This document shows positions 1 to 8,534 of a stretch of 64,000 nt of DNA, piece after piece. Location of the stretch: positions 10,604 to 74,603 of the forward strand of contig JAGNZZ010000010.1 in the NCBI GenBank assembly GCA_017984135.1. Reading direction: 5' to 3'. Below the pieces are notes generated by a model. It did no database searches and was not told the origin of the DNA. It saw only the letters and a list, made by a program, of their open reading frames with translations. Made by a program: the position numbers and the translations under genes. The stretch is from Chitinophagales bacterium (GTDB lineage Bacteria; Bacteroidota; Bacteroidia; Chitinophagales; JADIYW01). Each line of letters opens with the position of its first letter. Positions within the stretch are counted from its first letter, which is position 1.

Positions 1-1235
1 GTACTTTGAGCATTGGTATTGAGTTCGATATCGGTGTTAAATGAATGGCGTTTTGCCGGCGCGCATTTTATTTTGGTATATAATCCACTTTCTTCTGGAG
101 AAATTGAAATTGGCACATGCTCAATATTTACAAATCTGAAAACGCCTAATGTATTTAATGAATTTCTAGTTTTTATTAATTGATCTTTATTAAAAATATC
201 ACTAGGTTTGATGTATATAGATTTAGTTAAAGCACGTGGCAGCACGGATGTTTTGAGTACTCGATAATTCACATCACAAATAGTATCAGAAATAAAATCA
301 TTACGTTTGAGTTTTAGATTTTCTTTTTTTTTATCAAAATTAAGAATCTCAAAATCTACTTGCATATACGAATATTTCTGATGGATTAATGAGTTAACAT
401 CGTTTTTTACCTTTAAAAATATATCGACACTCTGATTTCCAATAGTACTGTCAATGTCTAAATAAATATATTCAGGACTAAAAGTGAAATAACCTTTGTT
501 TTGTACAATGTCAGCTAAACGTTGTCTTTCTTTCTTGATAATGTCTATATCAAATGGATCACCCTTTAGTAGCAACCTATTTTTTTTATTTTTTTCAATT
601 ATGGAAGAAACAATAGAATCTTCTGCAGAATAATGAATAGTATTGTAAACGAATTGAGGTCCAGTTGCAATATGATAAGTAACCGCAGTTTTTTTCTTTT
701 TGGTTTTGAATGAAGATGTGACTTCATTGTAGAAATAACCATGATAGAATAAATAATTTTTCATTCTATTGATAGAAGTAGAAATAGTTGTAGAGTCAAA
801 GAATACAGGTGCTTCACCACTGGATGATTCACTGAGTATATTTTCAAATTTTCGTTTTTTTTGAACTTTTTTATATTCGCGTTCTTCTTTGTTACTGTAA
901 TTATTACTTGAATAAATAGAATCTAATTTATTTTCTCTAAGTATTCGTTTCTCATTTCGTAGTACAGACTTCGTGTAAATTCCTAATTTCAGACGAAATA
1001 AACTCAAGAATTTTTTATTCGGATGTTGGTCGTAAACCACTTGATTGCTAAGATCTGATTTTAGTGTTGTTTTATCTCCAGCAACTTTTCCTTTGAATTT
1101 AATGTCAATATTATTACTAACTAACAAGCTTTGATTATCTTTGATTAGATGTTTGGTGGCACTGCATGCACTCAAAAGTTGAATGCAGAACACATACACC
1201 AATATTTTCCAAAATTGAAATTTGTTACAAAGCAT
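1..1235 (-). CDS. BamA/TamA-family outer membrane protein, N-terminal part (partial; continues beyond the window start)
   Basis: Absent from the ORF track because it runs off the edge. My own translation of the minus strand from the ATG (complement of 1233-1235) gives MLCNKFQFWKILVYVFCIQLLSAC..., a signal peptide with a lipobox-like LSAC. POTRA-like segments follow (GDPFDIDIIKKERQRLADIVQNKGYFTF; IKPSDIFNKDQLIKTRNSLNTLGVFRFV). The frame stays open to position 1. Confidence 0.6.
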   Translation of the reverse strand, partial: MLCNKFQFWKILVYVFCIQLLSACSATKHLIKDNQSLLVSNNIDIKFKGKVAGDKTTLKSDLSNQVVYDQHPNKKFLSLFRLKLGIYTKSVLRNEKRILRENKLDSIYSSNNYSNKEEREYKKVQKKRKFENILSESSSGEAPVFFDSTTISTSINRMKNYLFYHGYFYNEVTSSFKTKKKKTAVTYHIATGPQFVYNTIHYSAEDSIVSSIIEKNKKNRLLLKGDPFDIDIIKKERQRLADIVQNKGYFTFSPEYIYLDIDSTIGNQSVDIFLKVKNDVNSLIHQKYSYMQVDFEILNFDKKKENLKLKRNDFISDTICDVNYRVLKTSVLPRALTKSIYIKPSDIFNKDQLIKTRNSLNTLGVFRFVNIEHVPISISPEESGLYTKIKCAPAKRHSFNTDIELNTNAQS

Positions 1236-1935
1236 GCTTAGTCAAAATGATATCAAATATATTAATTCGCTCAAAATTAAGAAATACCGCAAGAAGTATG
1301 CTCAATTTATTGCTGAAGGTGATAAAATTATAAAAGAATTAATAGTTGAGGGATTGGAAGTTGTTCACATATACACTATAAATAATGTGTTTTCAAATGC
1401 TAATGTTACATTAGTGTCAGAAATTCAACTTAATAAAATAACAGCATTACAACAACATCATCATAGTTTAGCAATTTTTAAAATACCAAATACCGAATTT
1501 CAAATAAAGCATGATGAATGGATTTTACTTTTGGATGATATACAAGATCCCGGAAATATGGGCACCATCATTAGAACTTGTGATTGGTTTGGGGTAAAAA
1601 AAATTATCTGCTCAGATGGTTGTGTAGATCCATGGAATACCAAAGTAATACAAGCAAGCATGGCATCTATTGGTCGTGTGCAAGTGGTGGAAGCTGATAT
1701 TGAATTAATAATATCCCAATTTCCATTTCCAGTATATGGTGCGGTGTTAAATGGTACCAATTATCGCTTACAAACATTTAACCATAAAGGTTTTATTCTC
1801 ATTGGCAATGAAGGACATGGCATCCGAAAAGAATTGCTTCAGAAAATTTCATATCCCATTACTATTCCACGTATTGGATCTGCGGAGTCATTAAATGCGG
1901 CAATTGCTACGGCATTAATTCTAGATAAGCTTTAA
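1234..1935 (+). CDS. TrmH/SpoU-family RNA 2'-O-methyltransferase
   Basis: SpoU motifs are present: DPGNMGTIIRTCDWFG, LIGNEGHGI and SLNAAIATALIL. The track ORF starts at TTG 1222. An in-frame ATG at 1234 is the more likely start. Confidence 0.85.
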   Translation: MLSQNDIKYINSLKIKKYRKKYAQFIAEGDKIIKELIVEGLEVVHIYTINNVFSNANVTLVSEIQLNKITALQQHHHSLAIFKIPNTEFQIKHDEWILLLDDIQDPGNMGTIIRTCDWFGVKKIICSDGCVDPWNTKVIQASMASIGRVQVVEADIELIISQFPFPVYGAVLNGTNYRLQTFNHKGFILIGNEGHGIRKELLQKISYPITIPRIGSAESLNAAIATALILDKL

Positions 1936-1936
1936 T

Positions 1937-2833
1937 TTATTTAGTTTTAGGTTTATATAGCTCGAATGATTTTTTCTTCACAACATTCGGAACATCGCCT
2001 TCTATCCTTTTTTCATAGTCAATATTATCAACATGTCGCCATTTCCCTTTTTTCCAATAAAAACCTTCATACGTTCCATCAGGAATATAGTTGCCAAAAA
2101 ATCCTTCCATATCCTCACCAGTTGGCTTTATGTGATCATACATTACTTTGTTTTCTATGGTGTTAAAATTAAGTGAAATAGAGGCATCTTCTGCATAATC
2201 TAATATTAACCGGTTCAATATTTTTCCATTTCCCATATCAATTATAGGTGCACCAAATCGGGGAAATCCTTTTTTGTTTAAAGAAAAGATTTCCATTATC
2301 TTTCTATTACTTGTGATATTATTGCCATCCCAACCAAATAAAGTATAATATGTTTTCTTCTTGTCTTTTACTGTTTTAATACCATAATACAAAGCACCTA
2401 ACCAATTTCTATTATCTACGTTTATGTCCTCTTGATGATCTATAAAATCAGAATAATCAATTAATGGAAACATTTTTAACGTGTCACATTTAATTTGGAT
2501 AGTGCCAAAAAATCGATACAAATCTTCATCATTCCTATCGTACCACGTAAATATTTTAAATGTACCATCTTCTGGTGATACGATTGTCCAAGGTAAACGT
2601 TCATCCCATTTATAATAAAATGAATTTTTAATTTTTAAAGCACTTGTCAAGGTTTTAATCATTCGATAACTGGCAATCGTTCGATTTTCTTGTGTCAAAC
2701 TATTAATTAATGAATCTCCATATATACGAATGGTATCCTCATATAATTTTATTTTAACCTCATCTTCAGGAAGGAGTTGCGCTTTTGAAAAAAATGGAAT
2801 TAAAAATAAAAAGAGAATAATTTTTTCTTTCAT
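1937..2833 (-). CDS. Hypothetical secreted protein
   Basis: 298-aa ORF with an N-terminal signal peptide (MKEKIILFLFLIPFFSKAQ). I recognise no family. Its stop lies 1 nt from the convergent TrmH stop. Confidence 0.6.
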   Translation of the reverse strand: MKEKIILFLFLIPFFSKAQLLPEDEVKIKLYEDTIRIYGDSLINSLTQENRTIASYRMIKTLTSALKIKNSFYYKWDERLPWTIVSPEDGTFKIFTWYDRNDEDLYRFFGTIQIKCDTLKMFPLIDYSDFIDHQEDINVDNRNWLGALYYGIKTVKDKKKTYYTLFGWDGNNITSNRKIMEIFSLNKKGFPRFGAPIIDMGNGKILNRLILDYAEDASISLNFNTIENKVMYDHIKPTGEDMEGFFGNYIPDGTYEGFYWKKGKWRHVDNIDYEKRIEGDVPNVVKKKSFELYKPKTK

Positions 2834-2997
2834 GCTTTTTGTATTTCAAAATTTGTTCCAAAATTAAACGTTATTTGTCGTATAAAAGTATTAAAAGACC
2901 TTAATGTTTGTTTTTCCTGTTGGGAACTCGAATTTCATTACAGTATTCATTTTTTTCCTACGACCGTATCGTAAATCCTATTTTTTAGGATTTAAAC

Positions 2998-3034
2998 ATG
3001 ATATAAGTCATACCTTAAGTGTGATAAAAATCAT
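2998..3034 (+). promoter_or_regulatory. Two candidate CRP/FNR-family binding sites upstream of norC
   Basis: ATGATataaGTCAT (2998-3011) and GTGATaaaaATCAT (3021-3034) each carry a TGA-N6-TCA core. Site 2 matches the FNR consensus TTGAT-N4-ATCAA at 8 of 10 half-site positions. The site centres are 23 bp apart. Confidence 0.35.
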
Positions 3035-3056
3035 GGCTAGTCATTCATGAAGTAAA

Positions 3057-3064
3057 TACTTTTG
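3057..3064 (+). promoter_or_regulatory. Candidate Bacteroidota -7 promoter box (TAnnTTTG) for the nor operon
   Basis: TACTTTTG lies 38 nt upstream of the norC ATG. Confidence 0.35.
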
Positions 3065-3101
3065 TATTGAAATTTATTGTATTCATTAAAATTTTAAAAT
3101 C

Positions 3102-3542
3102 ATGTTGTCAAAATCACAAGCAAGAAGTTTTTTTTTAGGAGGAACTGTGGTGACATTTTTGGTTTTTATTGGACTGACGATTTATTCGTTTAGTCCTTCA
3201 AAGGACCAAACAAATCACAAACAGATTGACAAAAAAGTTGTTCGAGGAAAAGAACTTTGGGAGTCAAATAATTGTATGGGATGTCATACCATTTTAGGAG
3301 AAGGCGGATATTATGCTCCTGAACTTACAAAAGTCATCGACAGAAGAGGAGAGGGTTATGTAAAAGCCGTACTGCAATCACCAGTTCCTTGGGGACCAAG
3401 AGGTCGTAAAATGGTAAAGTATCAAATGAATAATGAAGATACAGAAGCCTTAATTGCCTATTTAAAATGGATAGGTAAAATAGACCTCAATGGATTTGAT
3501 AGAGTCGTTTCACCATTATCAAAAGACAAAGACAAAAATTAA
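3102..3542 (+). CDS. norC: Nitric oxide reductase subunit C (membrane-anchored monoheme cytochrome c)
   Basis: N-terminal TM helix, heme motif CMGCH, and a close resemblance to NorC (VVRGKELWESNNCMGCHTILGEGGYYAPEL ... LKWIGKID). It sits 17 nt upstream of norB. Confidence 0.9.
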   Translation: MLSKSQARSFFLGGTVVTFLVFIGLTIYSFSPSKDQTNHKQIDKKVVRGKELWESNNCMGCHTILGEGGYYAPELTKVIDRRGEGYVKAVLQSPVPWGPRGRKMVKYQMNNEDTEALIAYLKWIGKIDLNGFDRVVSPLSKDKDKN

Positions 3543-3559
3543 TTTTAAAATAGCGTATT

Positions 3560-4900
3560 ATGAAATATAAATCACAGAAAGTTGCATATTGGTTCTTTGG
3601 ACTTTGTATGCTTTTATTTGCCTTGCAAATTGTTTATGGTTTTATTATGGGTTTTGCACGTATCGGTATGGATAATCTTCATGATTTCATTCCATTTAAT
3701 ACAGCAAGAGCAGTACATACAAACCTGTTGGTAGTTTGGTTGCTTACCGGATTTATGGGTGCAGCATATTATATTATTCCAGAAGAGGCACAAACAGAAT
3801 TAGTCAATGTTAAATTGGCTTATGTTCAATTGATTTCACTCGCCATTGTAGGCGTTCTTGCCATTGTGGGTTACCATTTTAATATTTGGGAAGGAAGAAA
3901 ATTCTTAGAAATACCACGTGAATTAGATTATTTAGTAGTCGTCAATGTATTACTGTTCTTAGGCTTAATTCTAGCTACTTTGTTTAAAGGGAAACGCAGA
4001 ACTACAACAGCCTTAGTATTAACTATGGGTTTGGTATTTGCCGCATTACTTTATTTACCAGGTATGATTTGGTTCGATAATCAAGTAACCGATTCTTTCT
4101 TCCGTTGGTGGGTAGTTCATTTATGGGTTGAAGGTGTTTGGGAATTAATCATGGGTGGTATTTTATCTTATTTATTGATAAAATTAACCGGCGTTGACCG
4201 TGAAGTGATTGAAAAATGGTTATATGTAATCGTAGGTTTAACTTTCTTGTCCGGTATTTTGGGAACAGGTCACCATTACTACTATATTGGCGTAAATAAA
4301 ATCTGGTTAGTGGTTGGTGGAATATTCTCCGCATTAGAACCGCTGGCATTTTTAGGCATGGCATTGTTTGCAGTGTATATGTACCATAAAGGAGAAAAAT
4401 CTCATCCTAATAAAATTGCTTTATACTGGACAATTGGAGCATCAATAGTTTCTTTTGTGGGAGCAGGATTGTTAGGTTTTGCTCATACTTTACCTCAAAC
4501 CAACATTTATACTCATGGAACTTTAGTTACTGCCATGCATGGACACTATGCTTTTTGGGGCGCTTATGCCATGATTGTTTTAGCAATCATTAGTTATGCA
4601 TTACCAAATATGACTGGAAGAAAACGATATAACAATGCTAGAGGACATGCCGCATTTTGGTTTGCCAATGTCGGTATGTTGGGAATGACCGTTGCATTTG
4701 GCGTTGCTGGTGTCGTACAAGTTTATTTAGAACGTAAATTGAAAATGGAATTTATGGATGTTCAAAATGAAATTATGATACACTTTATCGTATTGTTATT
4801 ATGTGCTTCTTTATTCGCTACCGGAATTATATTATATATCATTGAGTTTTTGAAATATGGAAAACCTACGGACGAAGCATTAGTGGCTGAAACAGAATAA
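3560..4900 (+). CDS. norB: Nitric oxide reductase subunit B (cNOR catalytic subunit, heme-copper oxidase superfamily)
   Basis: 446-aa polytopic protein with a NorB-type N-terminus (PFNTARAVHTNLLVVWLLTGFMGAAYYIIPEE). It carries the FeB-site motif VVHLWVEGVWELIMG and GTGHHYYYIG. Confidence 0.9.
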   Translation: MKYKSQKVAYWFFGLCMLLFALQIVYGFIMGFARIGMDNLHDFIPFNTARAVHTNLLVVWLLTGFMGAAYYIIPEEAQTELVNVKLAYVQLISLAIVGVLAIVGYHFNIWEGRKFLEIPRELDYLVVVNVLLFLGLILATLFKGKRRTTTALVLTMGLVFAALLYLPGMIWFDNQVTDSFFRWWVVHLWVEGVWELIMGGILSYLLIKLTGVDREVIEKWLYVIVGLTFLSGILGTGHHYYYIGVNKIWLVVGGIFSALEPLAFLGMALFAVYMYHKGEKSHPNKIALYWTIGASIVSFVGAGLLGFAHTLPQTNIYTHGTLVTAMHGHYAFWGAYAMIVLAIISYALPNMTGRKRYNNARGHAAFWFANVGMLGMTVAFGVAGVVQVYLERKLKMEFMDVQNEIMIHFIVLLLCASLFATGIILYIIEFLKYGKPTDEALVAETE

Positions 4901-4928
4901 ATTTTTGTTTTATATTGGTTATTACGTG

Positions 4929-4968
4929 CCGGAACTAATTACAATAGTCAAGTTGTAGTTAGTTTCGG
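4929..4968 (+). other. Intra-operon stem-loop between norB and norQ
   Basis: ccggaactaattaca (4929-4943) pairs with tgtagttagtttcgg (4954-4968). The stem is 15 bp including two G-U wobbles, with a 10-nt loop. It is followed by atacttttaaattt. Confidence 0.4.
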
Positions 4969-4989
4969 ATACTTTTAAATTTAAGAAAA

Positions 4990-5775
4990 ATGAAGATTGC
5001 AGAAAAAAATATCTATTATAAGGCAATTGGCGCTGAAATAGAAGTGTTTAATCAAGCATATCAATTGCGATTGCCTTTATTGTTGAAAGGGCCAACAGGT
5101 ACCGGAAAATCAAGGTTTATTGAGTATATGGCATCTGAGCTACAACAAAAATTAGTGACGGTGAGTTGCCACGAAGAAACATCTTCTACCGACTTAATTG
5201 GTCGATATATTATCAAAGGTGCAGAAACTATTTGGATTGATGGTCCACTTTCTATCGCTGTAAAAAATGGATATATTTTGTATTTAGATGAAATTGCAGA
5301 AGCACGTCCTGATGTAATAGTTGCCATACATTCACTCACCGATCATCGTAGAGAATTATTTATTGACAAAACGGGTGAAACATTGAAAGCGCATCCAGAT
5401 TTTTTACTAGTTGCCTCTTTTAATCCTGGCTATCAAAAAGGATTTAAAGAATTAAAACCTTCCACACGTCAACGATTTGTGGCACTATCATTTGAATATC
5501 CAACACCAAAAGCGGAAGTAGAAATATTAATAGAAGAAACTTCCATTTCTAAAGAAATAGCTCATAAATTAGTTTCCATTGCATCAAAAATTAGAAATCT
5601 AACAGAATTAGGTCTGACAGAAACAGTATCTACTCGTTTATTAGTGGATGCAGCAAAATTAATTAATAATGGATTGCCTAAAAGATTAGCCGTTCATGTG
5701 GCAATTGTTGAACCGTTAACCGATGAAAAGGAAACAATTTCAGCCTTAAAAGATTTATGCGATTTAATGATTTAA
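4990..5775 (+). CDS. norQ: CbbQ/NirQ/NorQ-family AAA+ (MoxR-type) ATPase
   Basis: Walker A LLLKGPTGTGKS, Walker B ILYLDEI, a length of about 260 aa, and its position between norB and norD. Confidence 0.85.
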   Translation: MKIAEKNIYYKAIGAEIEVFNQAYQLRLPLLLKGPTGTGKSRFIEYMASELQQKLVTVSCHEETSSTDLIGRYIIKGAETIWIDGPLSIAVKNGYILYLDEIAEARPDVIVAIHSLTDHRRELFIDKTGETLKAHPDFLLVASFNPGYQKGFKELKPSTRQRFVALSFEYPTPKAEVEILIEETSISKEIAHKLVSIASKIRNLTELGLTETVSTRLLVDAAKLINNGLPKRLAVHVAIVEPLTDEKETISALKDLCDLMI

Positions 5776-5785
5776 ACCAAAAATC

Positions 5786-7555
5786 ATGGGTTTCGAATTA
5801 GATGAATTTATTTATTCAAAATTTGTAAAATATATTAAGAACCGACGCCTTAATAAAGCAGACGTTTTAAATAAACAAGTTTTATTAGTAGATATTCAAC
5901 CTCGATTATCCTTGTTAGCAAAAGCTTTGTGCGGCGAAAATATAGAAATATTTCCTGCAGAACGTGAAGGTGGTTTTAAAAACAATAATTTCTTTTTACC
6001 TATTCAATGTGCTTTATTTTCTACTAAAGAACTAAATCAACAGTTCTATATTTTTAGGACTGTTTTTTTATCAATTCAAAAACAACTTGAACTAAATTGG
6101 ACTTCACAAACTGCCAATACGGAACAATCCTCTTCAAAAGCAATTGAAACAGCACCATTGGTGATTGAAAAAATGATGCTGGATTATCCAACTTTGCAAG
6201 ATTGGTTTTATGATGCCATTCTTCAATTACCAGTAATTAAAGGTGCTCAAGAAAAAGATTTTACTTGGTTGTATGGAAAATGGATGACAAATTCACCCGA
6301 AGAAAAGGCAACAGATAAATTGAAAAATTTTAGTGACGTTTCTAAAATAATCAATGAAAATAAAATGGACGCAAGCACCACGTTGCAAGCGAAGGCGGTG
6401 GAAGAAATTCGATCTCTAACTATCGATAAAAAACAACAAGAGGATTATGTAATGCTTCACAATTTTGAAAAAATTGAAACAGCTGAAGAGTTCAATGGAA
6501 ATTGGCGAGATTTTGATGGAAAAGATGAGCTTGAAGACCATCAAGATGCATTGGAGGAAATGAATATGCAGTTCACCGTTCGTGTTGATGATGCGGTACA
6601 TTCAGTTTATCAAGCTGAATTTGTAGAAAATACCTCTGTTGCTGAAAGTGCTGAACTGGATGAAAAAGGGTTTCATCTAAAATATGATGAATGGAATTTT
6701 AAAAATAGAAATTATCTAAATGATTATTGTAAAGTATATCCTAAAACTCAAATAAAAACAAACGCTGATTATTATACAAAAACGATTAACAAATATAAAA
6801 CAACTTTATTAGGCTTGCGAAAAATGCTGACAAGCGTTAATAATAAATTACAACAACAACGACGACAACTACAAGGCGAAGAATTTGATTTAGATGCGAT
6901 CACCAATTTATATACAGATATCCATTCAAAAATTTCACCAGATGAACGCGTTTACCTTTCTAAACGAAAAAAAGAAAAAGATTTATCCATACTTGTTTTA
7001 TTGGATTTGAGTTTGTCAAGTGATGCTTATGCTGCCGGAAATAGAGTGATTGATGTAGAAAAAGAAGTTTCCATTTTGTTTGGAGAAATTTTAAATGAAT
7101 TTAATATCGAATTTGCAATAGATGGATTTTATTCCAAAACTCGAAATTTTACGACCTATATAACATTAAAAGAATTTAATGAAAATTGGAATGTTGCAAA
7201 AAATAAAATTGGTGCTGCAGAACCCAGTGGATATACTAGAATTGGTCCGGCACTTCGACATGCCGGCGCTCGACTACTTAAATCGGCAGCCAAAAATAAA
7301 TGGATTATTTTATTATCAGATGGTAAACCGAATGATTACGATAGATACGAAGGGAAACATGGTATTCAAGATGTGAAACAAGCATTGCGAGAACTAAATG
7401 AAAAAAATATAAATGCTTATGCTTTAGCCATTGAAGCGCAAGCAAAATATTATTTACCTCAAATGTTCGGTCAAAACCATTATCAAATTTTAACAAGTCC
7501 TGAGACTTTAATTCAATCAATGGCAAAACTATACGAAAGAATTAAACATCAATAA
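5786..7555 (+). CDS. norD: NorD/CbbO-like von Willebrand factor A domain protein
   Basis: 589 aa with a C-terminal vWA domain. The MIDAS motif is LVLLDLSLSSD, followed by IILLSDGKPND. It directly follows norQ. Confidence 0.8.
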   Translation: MGFELDEFIYSKFVKYIKNRRLNKADVLNKQVLLVDIQPRLSLLAKALCGENIEIFPAEREGGFKNNNFFLPIQCALFSTKELNQQFYIFRTVFLSIQKQLELNWTSQTANTEQSSSKAIETAPLVIEKMMLDYPTLQDWFYDAILQLPVIKGAQEKDFTWLYGKWMTNSPEEKATDKLKNFSDVSKIINENKMDASTTLQAKAVEEIRSLTIDKKQQEDYVMLHNFEKIETAEEFNGNWRDFDGKDELEDHQDALEEMNMQFTVRVDDAVHSVYQAEFVENTSVAESAELDEKGFHLKYDEWNFKNRNYLNDYCKVYPKTQIKTNADYYTKTINKYKTTLLGLRKMLTSVNNKLQQQRRQLQGEEFDLDAITNLYTDIHSKISPDERVYLSKRKKEKDLSILVLLDLSLSSDAYAAGNRVIDVEKEVSILFGEILNEFNIEFAIDGFYSKTRNFTTYITLKEFNENWNVAKNKIGAAEPSGYTRIGPALRHAGARLLKSAAKNKWIILLSDGKPNDYDRYEGKHGIQDVKQALRELNEKNINAYALAIEAQAKYYLPQMFGQNHYQILTSPETLIQSMAKLYERIKHQ

Positions 7556-7586
7556 CTCTTTTGGCGAATCGAATAGCTTATATTAA

Positions 7587-8159
7587 ATGGAAATAAATAA
7601 AAAATCAGTATTGTATCCGCCAGGTGGAATACTAATGTGGATCATCATCTATGTAGAGTTGTTTACGTTTGGACTAGCCATCGCTGGATTAACTTTCTAT
7701 GGCGCTCAAGAACGTGTTCAGTTTCACCAAGATAGCCAACAACTCAATAAATTAATTGCAACCATTAATACTATTTTATTGCTTACTGGTGGTTTTTTGG
7801 TAGCAAAAGCGGTGCATTTGGTCAAACATCAACAGTTTGAAAAATCAAGCAAATTTTTTCTTTGGGCAATTGTTACTGGTTTCGGATTTTTAATTTTGAA
7901 ATTAATCGAATACCAAGAAAAATTAGAAATCGGTTTAGATATGGAATACAGTACGTTCTTTATGTTTTATTGGCTGATGACTGGTTTTCACTGGATTCAC
8001 GTCTTTGTAGGAATCATTATCCTTTTTTTTCTAAGACGATCTGTTCGTCAACAAAAAAACAATGCTAACATGGAAGACATTGAAGCTGGCGCAGCATTTT
8101 GGCACATGTGTGATTTGATTTGGCTCTTACTATTCCCAATTCTCTACCTTCTTTTTTAA
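7587..8159 (+). CDS. norE: Cytochrome c oxidase subunit III-like membrane protein (NorE-type)
   Basis: 190-aa protein with five predicted TM segments and a subunit III-like C-terminus (FWHMCDLIWLLLFPILYL). Confidence 0.7.
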   Translation: MEINKKSVLYPPGGILMWIIIYVELFTFGLAIAGLTFYGAQERVQFHQDSQQLNKLIATINTILLLTGGFLVAKAVHLVKHQQFEKSSKFFLWAIVTGFGFLILKLIEYQEKLEIGLDMEYSTFFMFYWLMTGFHWIHVFVGIIILFFLRRSVRQQKNNANMEDIEAGAAFWHMCDLIWLLLFPILYLLF

Positions 8160-8160
8160 A

Positions 8161-8403
8161 ATGAAAAATACATCTTTATATTCATACTTAATTCTAATTT
8201 GTTTAACAGTTTTAGTGGCTGTTCTTGCTAAAATTAGTAATTCGACAATCATATTATATAGCATCACCATCTTTTCCATTCTTAAATTTATTATAGTTGG
8301 ATTTGAATTTATGGAATTAAAACAGGCACATTCATTTTGGAAATTTCTATTGATATTTTATAGTTTAATAATTGGAACGTTATTTGTAACCCTTCTTGCG
8401 TAA
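8161..8403 (+). CDS. Small 3-TM membrane protein (prokaryotic cytochrome oxidase subunit IV-like / NorF-like)
   Basis: 80-aa hydrophobic ORF that starts 1 nt after the norE stop. Confidence 0.55.
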   Translation: MKNTSLYSYLILICLTVLVAVLAKISNSTIILYSITIFSILKFIIVGFEFMELKQAHSFWKFLLIFYSLIIGTLFVTLLA

Positions 8404-8534
8404 TAAATTCAATTATTGAAATTTATAAACGACAAAATATTTCGTAATTCGATAAGATTTTGAATGTAATTTCGTTTATAGTTTAAATACAATCGAATTT
8501 TATTCTATTTTTATATAGAACTAGCTGATGAATT

